A stretch of 64,000 nt of DNA, from contig OZ037772.1 in NCBI GenBank assembly GCA_964035545.1, positions 8,797,150 to 8,861,149 of the forward strand, in the 5' to 3' direction. The notes under the pieces are model-generated. The model saw nothing but the letters and a program-made list of their open reading frames with translations, was not told the origin of the DNA and did not search any database. The DNA is from Bugula neritina (lineage: Eukaryota; Animalia; Bryozoa). A program made the translations under genes and the position numbers. Numbering within the stretch: the stretch's first letter is position 1; each line of letters opens with the position of its first letter. Below are positions 12,268-25,500 of this stretch, piece by piece.

Positions 12268-13212
12268 GGTTGACAAAAAGAAATAGCAAAATGTGTGAGA
12301 ATTTAGTGTTGAATATCTTGGCGTGAAAACACAACTCCTAATTAGTTTTTTGAAAATATCGAATTTCTGGTCAGTTGGCTTACTGTCACAAAGCGCACAA
12401 TAAATTCAAAGATAGCACGCGTAACCACAGTAGGCAAGGAAAATCGTAGTGCGTTGACTGTTAAATTATTGCTTTGACCTAGTTATTGCCCGGAATGTAA
12501 ACGCAGCACGCCGTGTTGTCACTATTACAACAGCGATGTTACAGTAATAAAGAGATAGAACAAATGAAAATAAAGATGCTCACTAATAGTAATTGTGATA
12601 TGTGAATGAAAAGTTATAATTAGCTTGAGAGCTATGTAAAATTTGGTAGCTATGTAGTACAAGAAGTAAATTGTGGTTAACTAGGACAATGTGTCAGTTG
12701 GGTAAAAACTTATACAGTATAGATATAATTAAACTTATCGCTCTGGAGTCTTGTTGGCTGCTGGCTCTGGCTCTTGGCTCTGGCTTTGTAGCTCTGGCTC
12801 TTGGCTGACTGGCGCTGGCTCGGTACGACTGTATAGGCTGATAGTTTGGCTATCGTTCGACTGCTGGTCAGTTTTCCCCGGAGACTGTATGCCTGATTTG
12901 GGTGAATTGTGGGTTGAGTTGTTTAACTTGGGTTTGGTGTGCTTGTGCTTATCGTAAGTGATGAATGAGAATTTACTCTGTGCATGAGGATAGAAGCATT
13001 TCACATTAGAGTATTACGTGCTGTTTTGGATTAAAGTTGTGGGAGCTTGATGTAGAGTGGAAAATCAAGGTTCAATCATTTGAGTGTAAGTAGGTTACAG
13101 TTTCGCTTGTCAGCAGCAAGTGGGAAGTTTTACTTGCTGTCTTAGGTTAAAGTTCCACTTCGTGAGAGCTAAGAGTCTAACACTTGTCAAAGGCAAGTGG
13201 GAAGAGTTTCAC

Positions 13213-13993
13213 TGTAACTGCCCTCCTAGTTTGCTATGAAAGTTCCATACGGGTGTATGTTTTAGTGTAGATAGTTTATTGATTTACACTGTTCACACCA
13301 TTTACACCTTTTACACCGTGAAACTACAATTTTCACAAAACAAAATGATTAAAATATGATAGAATAAGAGCAAATTAAACACAGAAAAGTACATAAAAGA
13401 ATTTGATAAATTGCTTGTTTTATAATTATTAAAATATTCAAAGTAACAGTATAAATCAACAAAGTAATAATATATAAAAGCATACCTCTTTCACCCTTTC
13501 TAGGAGAGAGTTAGTAGTATAAAGAAAGCAACATTTTATACCGTGTGTTTGTAAAAATAGCTATAATATTATGTGAGAGTAGATGAGAATGGAACCTTGA
13601 CGCTTGAGGGTTCTTACGATAATGTCCTGGCTAAATGTATTTTAACTGTTTTTGTCGGCATGTGTAAAGCTAGTGCACTCAGTTTCTTAGTCATGGTTTT
13701 TTGAGTGCAGCCAGTACAAAATAAAACTTGCAATGCACCGAGTGATACTAAAATGGTCTTGAAGATAAAAAAACAGTGACAAACAAGTGCTAAAGAGTAC
13801 ACTAAGGATGGGTGATTCATCGCTGTTGGAATATGTGACAACACAAACGCAGTGTGGCAATGTCGGTAAATGCTAAATTGCTAATTGATATATATTATGA
13901 CAGTTATGAACAAATTGGCAGCAGAGTGTCAGTAAGCAAACTAAATAGAACCAAATTTATGAAATTTTATTATTTATTATAAAGGACACTACA
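13213..13993 (-). repeat. 5' LTR of BEL/Pao element
   Basis: Direct repeat of 5238-6018. Confidence 0.95.
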
Positions 13994-16975
13994 TGGGTCA
14001 CTGTTGTATGTTGAAGAAGACGGAGTATTTCAACCTGTGGGAATGTTGGTGGGTGAGATTGTCAACAGTGAACAATTCTTTGGATTCACACAACCTGTGT
14101 ACCAGGCTATTGTACTCAGTCAAGCTTTTAAAGACATTGAATGTGATTACAAACACCAAGTTACCGACATCAAACTTTTTACTACGAATGAATATTGTAG
14201 CTTGTTGAGAAATGGCTCTTTTGATGACCATAATCTAGAGTCAGCGTTGCGTGACTTTCAACAAGACACACTAGTGTAAAATTAAATTTCTTATTAAATG
14301 ACTAAAATGTAAACAGCTAACTTCACTTATATAGTCAAATACTATACATTTCACATTTAAGACTGTCAGCTAAATAAAAGCCCTCTTAATTGAAAACTTT
14401 TTAATTAACTTTTCTTTTAAGTTTTAGTTTTTTGTGCAATACTTCAATTTAAGTCTGCTAACATTGCCTATTTTTTATTTAAAGTTATTATTCTGCTACC
14501 AAATAAATTTATATAAAATAATAAGCAATTTATTGAAGGTTTTACCACCCTAATTGCTGTTTATTAGATTATGAATTTTTTAAAGTGTAGTTTTGCTGAT
14601 TATTCGATATGTTACAGATAAAATGTTGAATGTTTTAATAGGTTTTTTCACCATTTTTTTGTCAATTTTTTTCAAACCTTATAATTTATTTCTTTTAAAT
14701 GCAAATTTCACCATTGCTACCATAACATGCACATTTAAATCATTTAAACCATATTGTTTTTTTTAATAATCTATCTATTTTTTACTAAAACTGTTAAATA
14801 TTTATATACACTATCCTATATTTAAACTGTATTGATGGTGCACATCTATTTATTCATAAATTATCTGTGTAATAATTTAAGCAATCAAACCTATAACAGT
14901 TTCTAATAGTTTATAAACTAATTTTTTTCAATTCTTTTATTATTTATTACAAAAAAATATATATTCGAGTATGTGTATACGTTCAATAAATTATGTGTTT
15001 TTTCTACTATTCTTAATTTATAAAACTCTTATTTTGTTGCTTACATAATATATATAGCTACTATATGTTTTAAATAGCAAAATACATTTATCAGCTAAAA
15101 ATATATTGCAATTATAACATAATGGTATACAGTACACTAATTCTGAAGTTGTCTCACCTAGTTTTAGCCACTTGAATTTGTTTTCTGGTTTATAGTGCAA
15201 AACATGAAGTTTTTATCAATTCTATACCAAACAATTCTATATATCAGGCAACAAGTAGCCATGCAGTAATTAATAAAGAGTTATTCACTGTGGCCTTTAG
15301 CTTTTCTGTGAAGGCAGTGGTTGTGTAATAATATGACTATATTGCCTTATTAGGTTATATATGTACATGTGTTGTAATAACTTAGAGTGTAGTTTGTAGA
15401 AATGCTGATTTATAAATTTTGTCAGTTTTAATCATGCAATCAGTGCCTAGTGTTTCTTAAATTATAAACTAATTATATAAACAATAAACTATCCAAAAAT
15501 ATGCTATTAAAGAACATGGCTCAAGCAAAGCTATATATGATAATATTATCAACAAATAAATATATTATTCATCAGCAAATTTTGCTGCTTGAGTAAAAAA
15601 ACTATAAGTGGAAGCTTTACAAAAATTAAGTGACTTGAATGCATTTTTGCCTTTGCTTCTTGGTAAACCATGAGCCTTTGATGTGCATAAAAACAATTAT
15701 GTGAATAAAAGGTAAATTACAATAAATTAAAGTTACGGCAAATATGGAGTAAACTAGCTGTTACTCTGCTTATGATGAGTAGTTGAAAGCTAAAGCATTG
15801 CAAGAAATTGAACCAACTATGTCAATGCTAGGCAATCTCGCAAAGATAATTGGAGCAAAGCTCTGCTAATTAATACATGATCATTGAAGTGTACCTTTTT
15901 GGTAGGTTTGCACGGCTTGCCCTCTGACGTAGCAAGATTTAGCAGTGTTTTATAACAGTTTGTGAACTGTAGATAAAGAAATAGCAAAAATAAAACCAAA
16001 TTTGTGCTAGCTATTGATGTGTTTAGTACGCCTATAATTATATAGATATGTTAAATGAAAGTAGTTAGAATTGTGGTTTCCCGTCACAATTAAACATGAA
16101 TGCAAAACTAGAAAAAACCAAGAATTAAAGTGGTGGTATATATAACTAATCTAATAAAGAGCAAAAACTTATTCAGCAAAATAACAATAATTTAAAATAT
16201 TCAAAGTTTATGGGAGCATATGCAAGTAAAATGTGGTGCCACGTGACTTCAAAGCTACTCATTATAATATAATATGTATGCTCTTACAAAGATTATATTA
16301 ATGTTGTAAAAAGTTTTATAATATTGCACCAATATTGTATAATTGCATGAAAAACAAAAATAAAGAGTGTTTAAAAAAGTGAGACAATTCCTTCAAAGAA
16401 CTTAGTTGAATACAATTAAAGTAACTATATAATGTTCCTAATATGGTACAGAATGCCATATATGCAATAGCTACTGTATATTATAATGCTGAGACAAATT
16501 ATGACTTGTATAGACTGATGTATATATATGAGTTGGTGTGTATAACACTACTTTGAAGTTGTTACAGGAACTTAATTTGTTGAGCTTCTTACAGATTTTT
16601 ACACTATATACCAGCATATGCTAATATACAGTGAAGCTACTCATATGCAGATTATAGGTTAATTAAGGACACAATATAAAAAAAGGATATATTTTCATTT
16701 AGCATACAGCTTTCACAGTGCATTATAGATTCTCCACCACGGACCACACAAGATGCACCATTAAAGCTGTAATCACGCACTAGCTACGTTGTTATTAGTT
16801 AGAAATAACGTATCTGCAAATAATACCTGGGAATCTTCTTTTTATCAACCAGGTGAGTTTTATAATTTAAGGCTTCCAGCTCACTGATTACATACTTTCG
16901 ATAATTTTGGTAAAGTGCTTAAAATTCAAATTCAATCTGCAACATATTTGCTACATGGTCAAGTTGTTTATAATA
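13994..16975 (+). repeat. Segmental duplication: last exon and 3' flank of paralog A, homologous to about 57951-61150
   Basis: Long colinear shared blocks, e.g. GACTGTCAGCTAAA, TAATTAATAAAGAGTTATTCACTGT, GAGTTGGTGTGTATAACACTACTTTGAAGTTGTTACAGGAACTTAATTTGTTGAG. Confidence 0.9.
16739..16852 (+). pseudogene. Dead copy of nrf-6-like coding exon 1 (signal-peptide exon)
   Basis: Homologous to 60923-61034, but ATG is ACG and a net +2 nt gives an in-frame TAG. Donor GTGAGT is retained; no downstream nrf-6 exons follow. Confidence 0.8.
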
Positions 16976-19598
16976 TCTTTTTAATATTTTGGATTTTGGA
17001 TGGTCAATTTGCTATAGTCGAGATTAGAAGCAACAACAATATTGATGCCTTGATTTCCCTACTGTCAACTAACATACCTTGCGAGATAGGCTACCTATGT
17101 ATGTATATATAACCTAAAGATTAGGCTAGGGGCTGGAGCTAGTCTCGCTTAACCCAACAAAAACATGCTGATGTATACAGGCTATAGGAGCAGTTACAAT
17201 AGAGTAAGAAGTCAATGAGTTAATAAAAATCACGAGTTACACCAAATCCAGCATTTGGTTTAGCCTAGCCGATCTCGACGGTTTCCTTCTGCGACTCTTA
17301 TACCAGAGCAATTTCCTTGACTTATCCCCAGTATCATTCATCAAACTGGGTCAAGCTAGTGGTAGATATTCAAGGAAGTAGCTTAGGCTTGAGATTATAC
17401 ACTATACGCTGATGAAACTTTTATCCTGTAAAAACTGTCAAAAAATGTCAGTTTTCTGATGGATGAGATCTCCACCAACCAATCAGCATCCAACTTATTT
17501 ATCAAAGCATTTTATACTTGACTGAGTTCTATAAATTATTGTTGATTTGACTATAAGCTTTAAAGTTGCATTGGAAAACTTGTCTTCAACTACATTATTC
17601 AACTAGTTTACATTCTGCTCTGGAATTCACAAAATTATGGAATAGTTAACTAAATCTTCCTTTCAAAGTGAGTAATTCAACCTATTCACATATAATTATA
17701 GGAGTATCAATTTAGACTGGATAGTCGGTGGCAATCGTCACCTCATGTAAGTTCTGCATGCCTTTAAATACCTCAAATTATTAGCTGTATTCTACATTTT
17801 GGCTATATTCAAAAAAGTGGAAGAAGCTGACAGCTATAGTTGGTAAGCACATTGATAGGGACCATGAAGAAGTGTCATTTACACGGGCTATATACTACAT
17901 ATTAGGAGGACACTGAAAAATTATCTAGTACTTAGTACATAGGTGTGTGTGGTTAATAGACTTTGTAACATTATAGTACGTATAATTCCTAAGTTAATGC
18001 ACCTATAGCATAAAGCAACATATACACTGCTCATGCATCTGTTTATATTTGCCACAAATGCAAGCTCAGTTCAGCTTTTGCTGAAAAAGAAATATAAAAG
18101 CAATCAGCAAATTATTCTGCTTCTCTCTTTAATTTACTATATAATTTTTCAAAGATAGTAGGCCTAGCTTACGCTTGTTTGGAAATAATTTTCTCTACAT
18201 ATACACTGCCTGGCAGAAGATGGTAGTCCTAAGAACTAGGAAAATTAGATTTCTGCGTAACTCAAGTGATGAGCTAGTCAAAAATAATTTGAAATGACAG
18301 TTTTTTTATAAGAGTGACAAACTTATCATATGTTATTAGTGCCATGGCAACTACTTTGATTATGTGTAAGTGACTATCTACATATGCTTGTTTTCGCATG
18401 AGACAAAAGCTGTCAGTATAAACTATTTCTTTTTAACAATTAGTTTATAGACAGCATAGGGTTTAGTTTACATCTTTATTCGTGTTATAGTGGGCTGGTC
18501 TAACTTTCTTAGCAAAATATGACAACGGCCCTCATTATTCTGCTTATATTGATAAAATCAAAATTTTTCATGCAACGCCATTGTAAGAGTAAAAATATTC
18601 TTATATATCTCGTAAAGCAAAGATTTCAAAAGTGCTCATATATGGTATTTCTACAAAGTATATGTTTGTTTTCAAAGATGATGCCTCTAAGGTTATTGGG
18701 TAGAATTGAAGATTTAGTTTAGGTTTCATCGAATTGATACGCTGAACTATGCTTTACATTAATGTGCAAGATCATACTCCAGGGGCTCTAAGAGTATAGC
18801 TAGCAAATTGTGCACCAATGATAAACCTAGCTAACTCATCTTATAAGTTCATTATCTAAGGTTATGCAATAATGTCATATAGCAGGTGGTCTAAACAAAG
18901 AAAGCAAATACGTTGAAATAGCTATTTAGGCAAGTTAAAAAATTATAGAGCTAAAATATGAACATTAATAAGCGACAAATCTGAAATATATGCATAGTAT
19001 ATAGCTGAAACTATAACAGTGCCCAGCTGTAAATAGTATCTTAAAAGAAAGTCGATGCAGTGATGGAAAAACAAGGGAAAACCTGTTTTCTTAATGAGAA
19101 AAATAATGGAAAAAGTTTTTAAGTTCTTGCAAGATTTCAATGACTAAAATATTATATATAACTGCATGTATAGCTAAATTTCAGTGCATGATTTCAACTG
19201 TCTCCCTGAACTAAAAACTATAAAAACAATCAAAAAACTTATAGACTATTGAAATTTTTCCTTACTGCATGTACCGAAATGCCTAAAATCTAGCGATTTA
19301 CAAAACAGAGCATTTAGAGAGCAGCAGAGCAGCAATTTGAGTAAAATAGTTTCAGTTGTAACAGTTTTTGGTGCTTTTAACTTTTCTCAATTGCATAAAA
19401 AAGCAGTTATCTCCAATGAACAAAATACACTTTTATAAATTTTGACAACGAAGACATTTTTGACTTAGTAAGTTCCTCAATTAGCTAAAAATATTAAATA
19501 ATCTTGTTGCAAATGCATAACATAATAATATATGTCTATGTTCTCTACAGGAATGTTATTATTAATTCATTTTTAGCCGGAAAGGTGCATTCATGAGT

Positions 19599-22500
19599 AT
19601 GGGAAACTCTGATTCTACAAAGCAACACAAAATCAGCGAGGAAAAAGAAGAAAGTAAGTTAACTTTGTCTAAAAAAAGCTGTTTCACAGCAAATTTCCAG
19701 TTTTTACATCAATTCTGAATAATATCTAAAACTTGGTTTATAATGATGACAAAATGTTGCGCAGAATGATGCATGTCTGATTAAATATAATTAAAGTCAA
19801 CATGTAATATAATAATATTGTTTATGCCATATTGTAGTAGATTTGTGGGTTCAGAATAAATTAGGCAGAGAACATATAGCCCGGCCCTTTGTATTGTGAG
19901 AGATAAGAGAGGTTGTATGGTTGCGAATAAAATAGTCTAGTTTATTGTAGTATGAGTATGTCCTAATTCCTTTAGGAGCTTCAGTTGTAGGCGGAACTAC
20001 AGCTGCGAGCTAGCCTCTTTATATAGTAACACAAAAGTTTGTTTTAAAAACTTCGACCAATCTTCAGCCGAAGATCGGAATGTCGGACTCCCGAATGACC
20101 GACAACCGGTCAGCCGGGAGTCTGACACTTCGAACCTCATTGGAGACGAATTTACACAAGGCAAAACGAATGAATAACAGTAAATTATTCACTACCCTAA
20201 GAGCTTAACTATAATTACAGTATTTAAGGCATTCAGAAAGCTACGCCATGAGGTAATTATAATAATATACCACAAATAGTTACTGTAACTTTCCAGAATT
20301 GTGGTAAGTATTAGAATTACCCTCCCTTGTTACACACCATCATAAGAGCGTCAATCTAACAGTAAAGTTCTATTATCTGTTCTCTCTGTGGCAAACCCTA
20401 TCCAGAAGATAGTTAAAGGTACTCTTACCCTGACTCACCCAGTGCACTCACTGGAAGCAGCAATCAAGAATTATTGTATTTGATCAGAAATGTACAATGA
20501 TATTCTAAAGTAGGGTATAAAACAATAATTTTCTTTGTTTTAGAAAAAGAAGTTCCACTCTTGTCTTTACAAGGTAGGTGAAATGCTCATCAGAAATAAC
20601 AGCTGGCAATTTATGCCTTTTCAGATTTCCTGGAGTTGTCATTCTTTTACAGTTGCACATATGTATTATGTATTATGTATTTATAGTACCTTAAAGTTTT
20701 AACAAGTTTTGAGTACCTATAGTAGCATTTTTAGGCTTTAAAACTCCCATACAGAGCCAAGTTTTTCATTCATCTCAATTCAAGCACTTCCCATGTTGCT
20801 GTTCATGTTGCTAGTGTTGTAAATTGCTATTTATACTAAGCAATTGCCAAATTATAATATACTAATGTTGAGCTTTTATCTACATTGGTGAGAGTTTGTT
20901 TGCTTTTTTGTTATGTTTTTTATCAAAGGTGATTTAAAAATATATTATATACCATAGGTTTTATAGTTTAAAATTTAATATCGCAGTTTAATCTTTGAAT
21001 CTAAAGTTGTTGTTTAATACTGGAATTATAGTTTTGAAAAGTTAAACATTTCAATAGATCCATGAGCTGCGTATGTAAAAAAATCTTTAATGGCTATCAC
21101 ATAATTGAAAACTGTCTTTCGTAAAATATATGCATGTATATATGTTTTTGTAGTGTCAGAGCCTGGCGTGCAGCAATTATCTAAAAGGAATAAGTTCATC
21201 AAAAAAAGTGAGTTTGCAATAATTGCGCTGAATATTTTAATAAGAATTGCTCATAATGAATAATATAATTATAAACTTATATGTTGTGCAGTATAATAAG
21301 CATCTACCAAAGGCTACTTATTTTTCATGTTTGAAATCGTTCTTTAATAAAAATATAGTTTTGCGACTGAGTCAATTTACTTGAAACGAAAAAAATCCTG
21401 TATGAAATTCATTCACTAGTTTTAATCTATTTTTAGAATTTAAACTAGGTGCACAACCATTGCGTAAAAGGAAAACATTTGTCAAAGCTTCTAAGAATCA
21501 GAGTAAGTATGCAGTATAACTGTATTACAATTAGTAGTGAGACTGTGTGTATTTACTTCTTATAGTTAATATAGTTTGTAAGCTTATTAATGATTGGCTT
21601 ATTGTAACAATTATATAATATTATAATCTTCTCAGATTTTTCAGTGCTAAAGGCAAAATGTCTAAATTTAAAAAAATGTAATTTTGAGTTATTCAAAAAG
21701 CGAGTTAGAGCCTTTTACATCCCTTTGGCATGCTCTGCTTTGTAATATATTTCCTAGTATATAATGAATATCTGATATAACTTACTGAAAAACATAATGG
21801 ATTGTTTAAAATTATTTGAGAATAGTTTTTAATTTTAGCCATACACTTTCCATATCATGCTTAGTTATAGAAACTCGTGATACGCACCTTATACCTCGAT
21901 CAATGAGATGGAGACTCAGATTGTCAAAAAACTCAAGACCGGCAAGTGAGTGGACAGTTAAGTATATTCCACGCAAAGGGTTTATTTTTAACATTGGAAC
22001 ATGAGAATTATTTGCTGCTATTGAGATAAAAGATGTCAATTATTGTGAGCCATGATAAGCAAAAATTGTTCAATCTAAATTAAATATACATATACCTTCT
22101 ATATAGCTCAAACCAACAAAACAAAAATCAACAGTTTTAACATTATGCACATCATGGGCATGCATGCATAATTGTAATTTTGAACACAACAATTTGTTGA
22201 AGTATTTATTAATTAAATGTATACTATTTTTTACTGCACTGAGACATTTTAAAAGCAGAACTTGCCAATTGCAACTTTTGTTCTCTTAATTGTTGGTAAA
22301 GAATTTGCAGTTTTGATAAATATTATATTTTAGGCTATATCTTTCCATACAACATAGTATATTAGATCACATTATACTTTATATATAATATGATCTCTTA
22401 ACATACAATTTGACTTGAAAAATTATTTTCCAGACAAATTTTTCGGCCAATTTTTAAACCTATAAAAGGCAATCTATGAAACATAACATGCAACCTACAG

Positions 22501-25500
22501 TCATTGTGATACTTTCAAAATAAAAGGTATGAAGAAAAAATAATTCAACACTACAATCTGTTGGTATTTTAATATATATTAACAACACAGTCAATATGAT
22601 TGATTGAATATCTAAAAACAACAATTGTTTCACTATATAATGCAATCAATTCAAATAGAAAGTGTCTATACACTGATCATTATCTATACTATATAATAAT
22701 GTATTAATTAGAACAAAAAATATTTGCTATTCACATTATAGGATTTTTATCATTATGGTTTAATTGCACATCTTAGTTTTTGTATTAACTTGAACTTTAT
22801 CTTTAATAAACACTTTGGAATATTCCATGGATAAAATAAATAAAATGCTTTCAAGTTCCATTATGATGATATATGTGTATATCAGGATAATGAAATAATA
22901 TAATGATCTCATATATATATATAAAATAATAATAATTATAATCTATTATACTGTAATAGCTCTATAGATGTAATTTTCATTTAGCTTGTTTAGTTAATTA
23001 TTTTGAATAGAAACAAGATGGTTTTATTTCAAAGTTAAACTGGTTCTCATATTATTCGGTAAAATTGCATTTACACCTTTGCTGAAAAGCTTAAACTTAA
23101 CATGCCATCCCGCATGAAGTTTGTAACTTGGCCAAGCTGAATTTTTGACTAAAAATTGTGAAGGTATATAAATGCACATTAGAATTATGTTCATAATAAA
23201 AATACAATTTGTTACTAACCAAAAATTAAAACAGTGTTGAATTTAAAATGTAAAAATATCTAATAAATTTTGTAAGGTCAAAATTTTACAAAATAAACTG
23301 CACTGATAATATAATTGTTTTTACACCAAATTCATACCCTATATGTTTTTCAATCCACGTATGCCTGGTTTTCAGTTAATCTTGTGTATTAAAAAAAGAA
23401 AGACAAGTTTTACGCAGCAATTAACATATTTAAAACTAAATACAACTAAATTAACAAGATTGATTGCTTTTATTGATGTTATTTTCAGATGAACTTTAAA
23501 TAGCAATTTCCCACATGAAAATTGACAGGTATTAGGCTACCTTATATATAGCTTCTTCTGTTGTTGCAGGCACACAAGATGAAAATAGGATTCCTCCTGA
23601 GATTCTCACTATAAGACCCCCTGTTTCTCATGTCAGTAGACTAACTTTAATGAGTAAGATCTCAATTTATGATAACTCGATCTAGAAAAGTAATGAATTT
23701 CTGGTAACTGGGAAGTCTGTATCTGTATCTGTGTTGAGTCGCTAGACCCTCGAGAGAGAGAAGTATTATGAAGGCGTGACTTCAGAGATTCTAAGGTCTC
23801 TGATTGTCCTGGGAAGGAAACTATTAAAGTATATGTTGGAATTTGTTAGTATATAATGAATGAGGAATATGTCTGGAAATTTTAGGATAGATGGACAATT
23901 AGTTTATTATAGTTCTTGGAATGTATTAACAATTATTTCAGAACAGACATTTTCATTATAGCTTATAGGAATTGAAGTATAAGTAGTAACTTTATGCGGC
24001 TTGATTTTCTACATGATTCCAACGTTTTTATATATTTAGCTGTTCTGGAGCCTTAAGGTCATACTTCGAATTCCTTTTTTGAAAGACGCCCTTTACGCAG
24101 CAACATATTCAATACTCATCATAAGCTAAATTAACAGGATTGATTGCTTATGTATAAATATTAGAGTTTGAAAAGCCTGGTAGAATAATAATACGTCAAC
24201 TATTAAAACAAAATAGTTATTTTATCAACAAGTGAGTAACTAGATCAACATGGAATCTGTCAATTGACAGCTTGAATGCGGTTTAAGCATGTCTGATGGC
24301 AATAAATTTAAAATTAGAGTCAGCCATAAATTATGTCGACATAATTTATCTATACAATAGTAATTAATAACCACCTATATATGGTATTCTCATGTACTAA
24401 TACTGCTAATTCCATAGCATGATTTTATATTTTTGTAAGCTTTACATACTATAATATTTTTAACATTATATTGATTTCTGTAAGCAAAATGTTGCACATC
24501 TTCCAGATTTTGTCATAATATTATATAGTTATATATATTCACCACACAGAGACATATGTTATATGCTGCATGGATCAACAATGTATTTGCTATGATTTTT
24601 GCTTGAAATCAAGTTTTAACAAACATTATAATATAATAATATAGCTGCACAACTTTTCTCGGCTTTATTTTCAGATTAACTTTTAATTATAGCAATTTCC
24701 TACATAATATGCGACAGGTTTTACCGTATAGCTTTTTTATTATTTCAGACACACAAGATAAGGATAGGATACTTTCTGAGATTCCCACTTGTGCACCCCC
24801 AGATCTTCACCTCAGTATGCCAATTTTACCAAGTAGATCTCAATTTATTATAATAGCTCTGGAAAAGAAATGAAATTTTTTGGTAACTGAAAAGTCTGGT
24901 GGCATTTTTGACTGCATATAGTAAACTCAAATGTCAGTGTATCAAAAATTGATATAATTTATAAAACAAAAATCTAGATCAGTTTATGTATCATTGCTAT
25001 ATATAAAATGCTTGTCAAGACTTCAAAACTCAAGTGAATATGAAACTTTAATGCCTAAAACTTACATTTTAGCGAGTGCCCTGGACTACAACCAAGAAGA
25101 TCTTATTGCAATAGCCCAATGGGCGAATTTACCAACTAAAGGTAAAAATTTAGAAATTGAGTGGATTGAAATATTTCTATTTACAAATGCTAAAACAATT
25201 TAATAACAACAACACAAAGCGTAAGAAAAATTAAATTATCTTGACATATAAAATTTGGCAGGTATTATAGCAAAACAAATTCTGGCGATATTTACAAATG
25301 AGCTGTAAAACGGTTGGAACGAGTGAAAATGTTTAATTTGCACAAACTTTTTATTATCATGTTATCTCCATTTAGGAGCATTGTTGCAATTTTCTGAAAT
25401 AGCTTGGTGGCTATATTATATATAATATTATGTTTTTCATGCTGAATAAACTTATTATGAAATGCACAGATTTGTTGTATGTATACATTTATATATTATA

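Larger units (their letters stand above)
5238..13993 (-). mobile_element. Full-length BEL/Pao LTR retrotransposon, 781-bp LTRs, TSD TGGGT
   Basis: LTRs 5238-6018 and 13213-13993 (TG...CA; identical as far as I can compare by eye). TSD TGGGT at 5233-5237 and 13994-13998. PPT-like tract at about 6019-6030. Gag-PR-RT-RH-IN domain order. Confidence 0.97.
3316..14279 (+). pseudogene. Paralog A of the Cys-nucleophile chymotrypsin-fold protease family, disrupted by a BEL/Pao insertion. Exons 3316-3409, 3769-4956, 5212-5237 + 13999-14279; 5' exons lie outside the window.
   Basis: Canonical AG/GT sites with phases identical to paralogs B and C. His VAPAHLL (CAT 4130-4132), Asp NDVALL (GAT 4631-4633), GDC (TGT 5231-5233). 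Removing the element and one TSD copy restores KLTFGDCGSLLYVEEDGVFQPVGMLVG...TLV*. With the insertion the frame ends GDCGL* at 5242. Confidence 0.85.

Noticed and set aside
12735-13004. 89-aa QEPE-repeat ORF in the BEL leader
   Set aside because: Non-ATG start and driven by a short tandem repeat; no support for coding.
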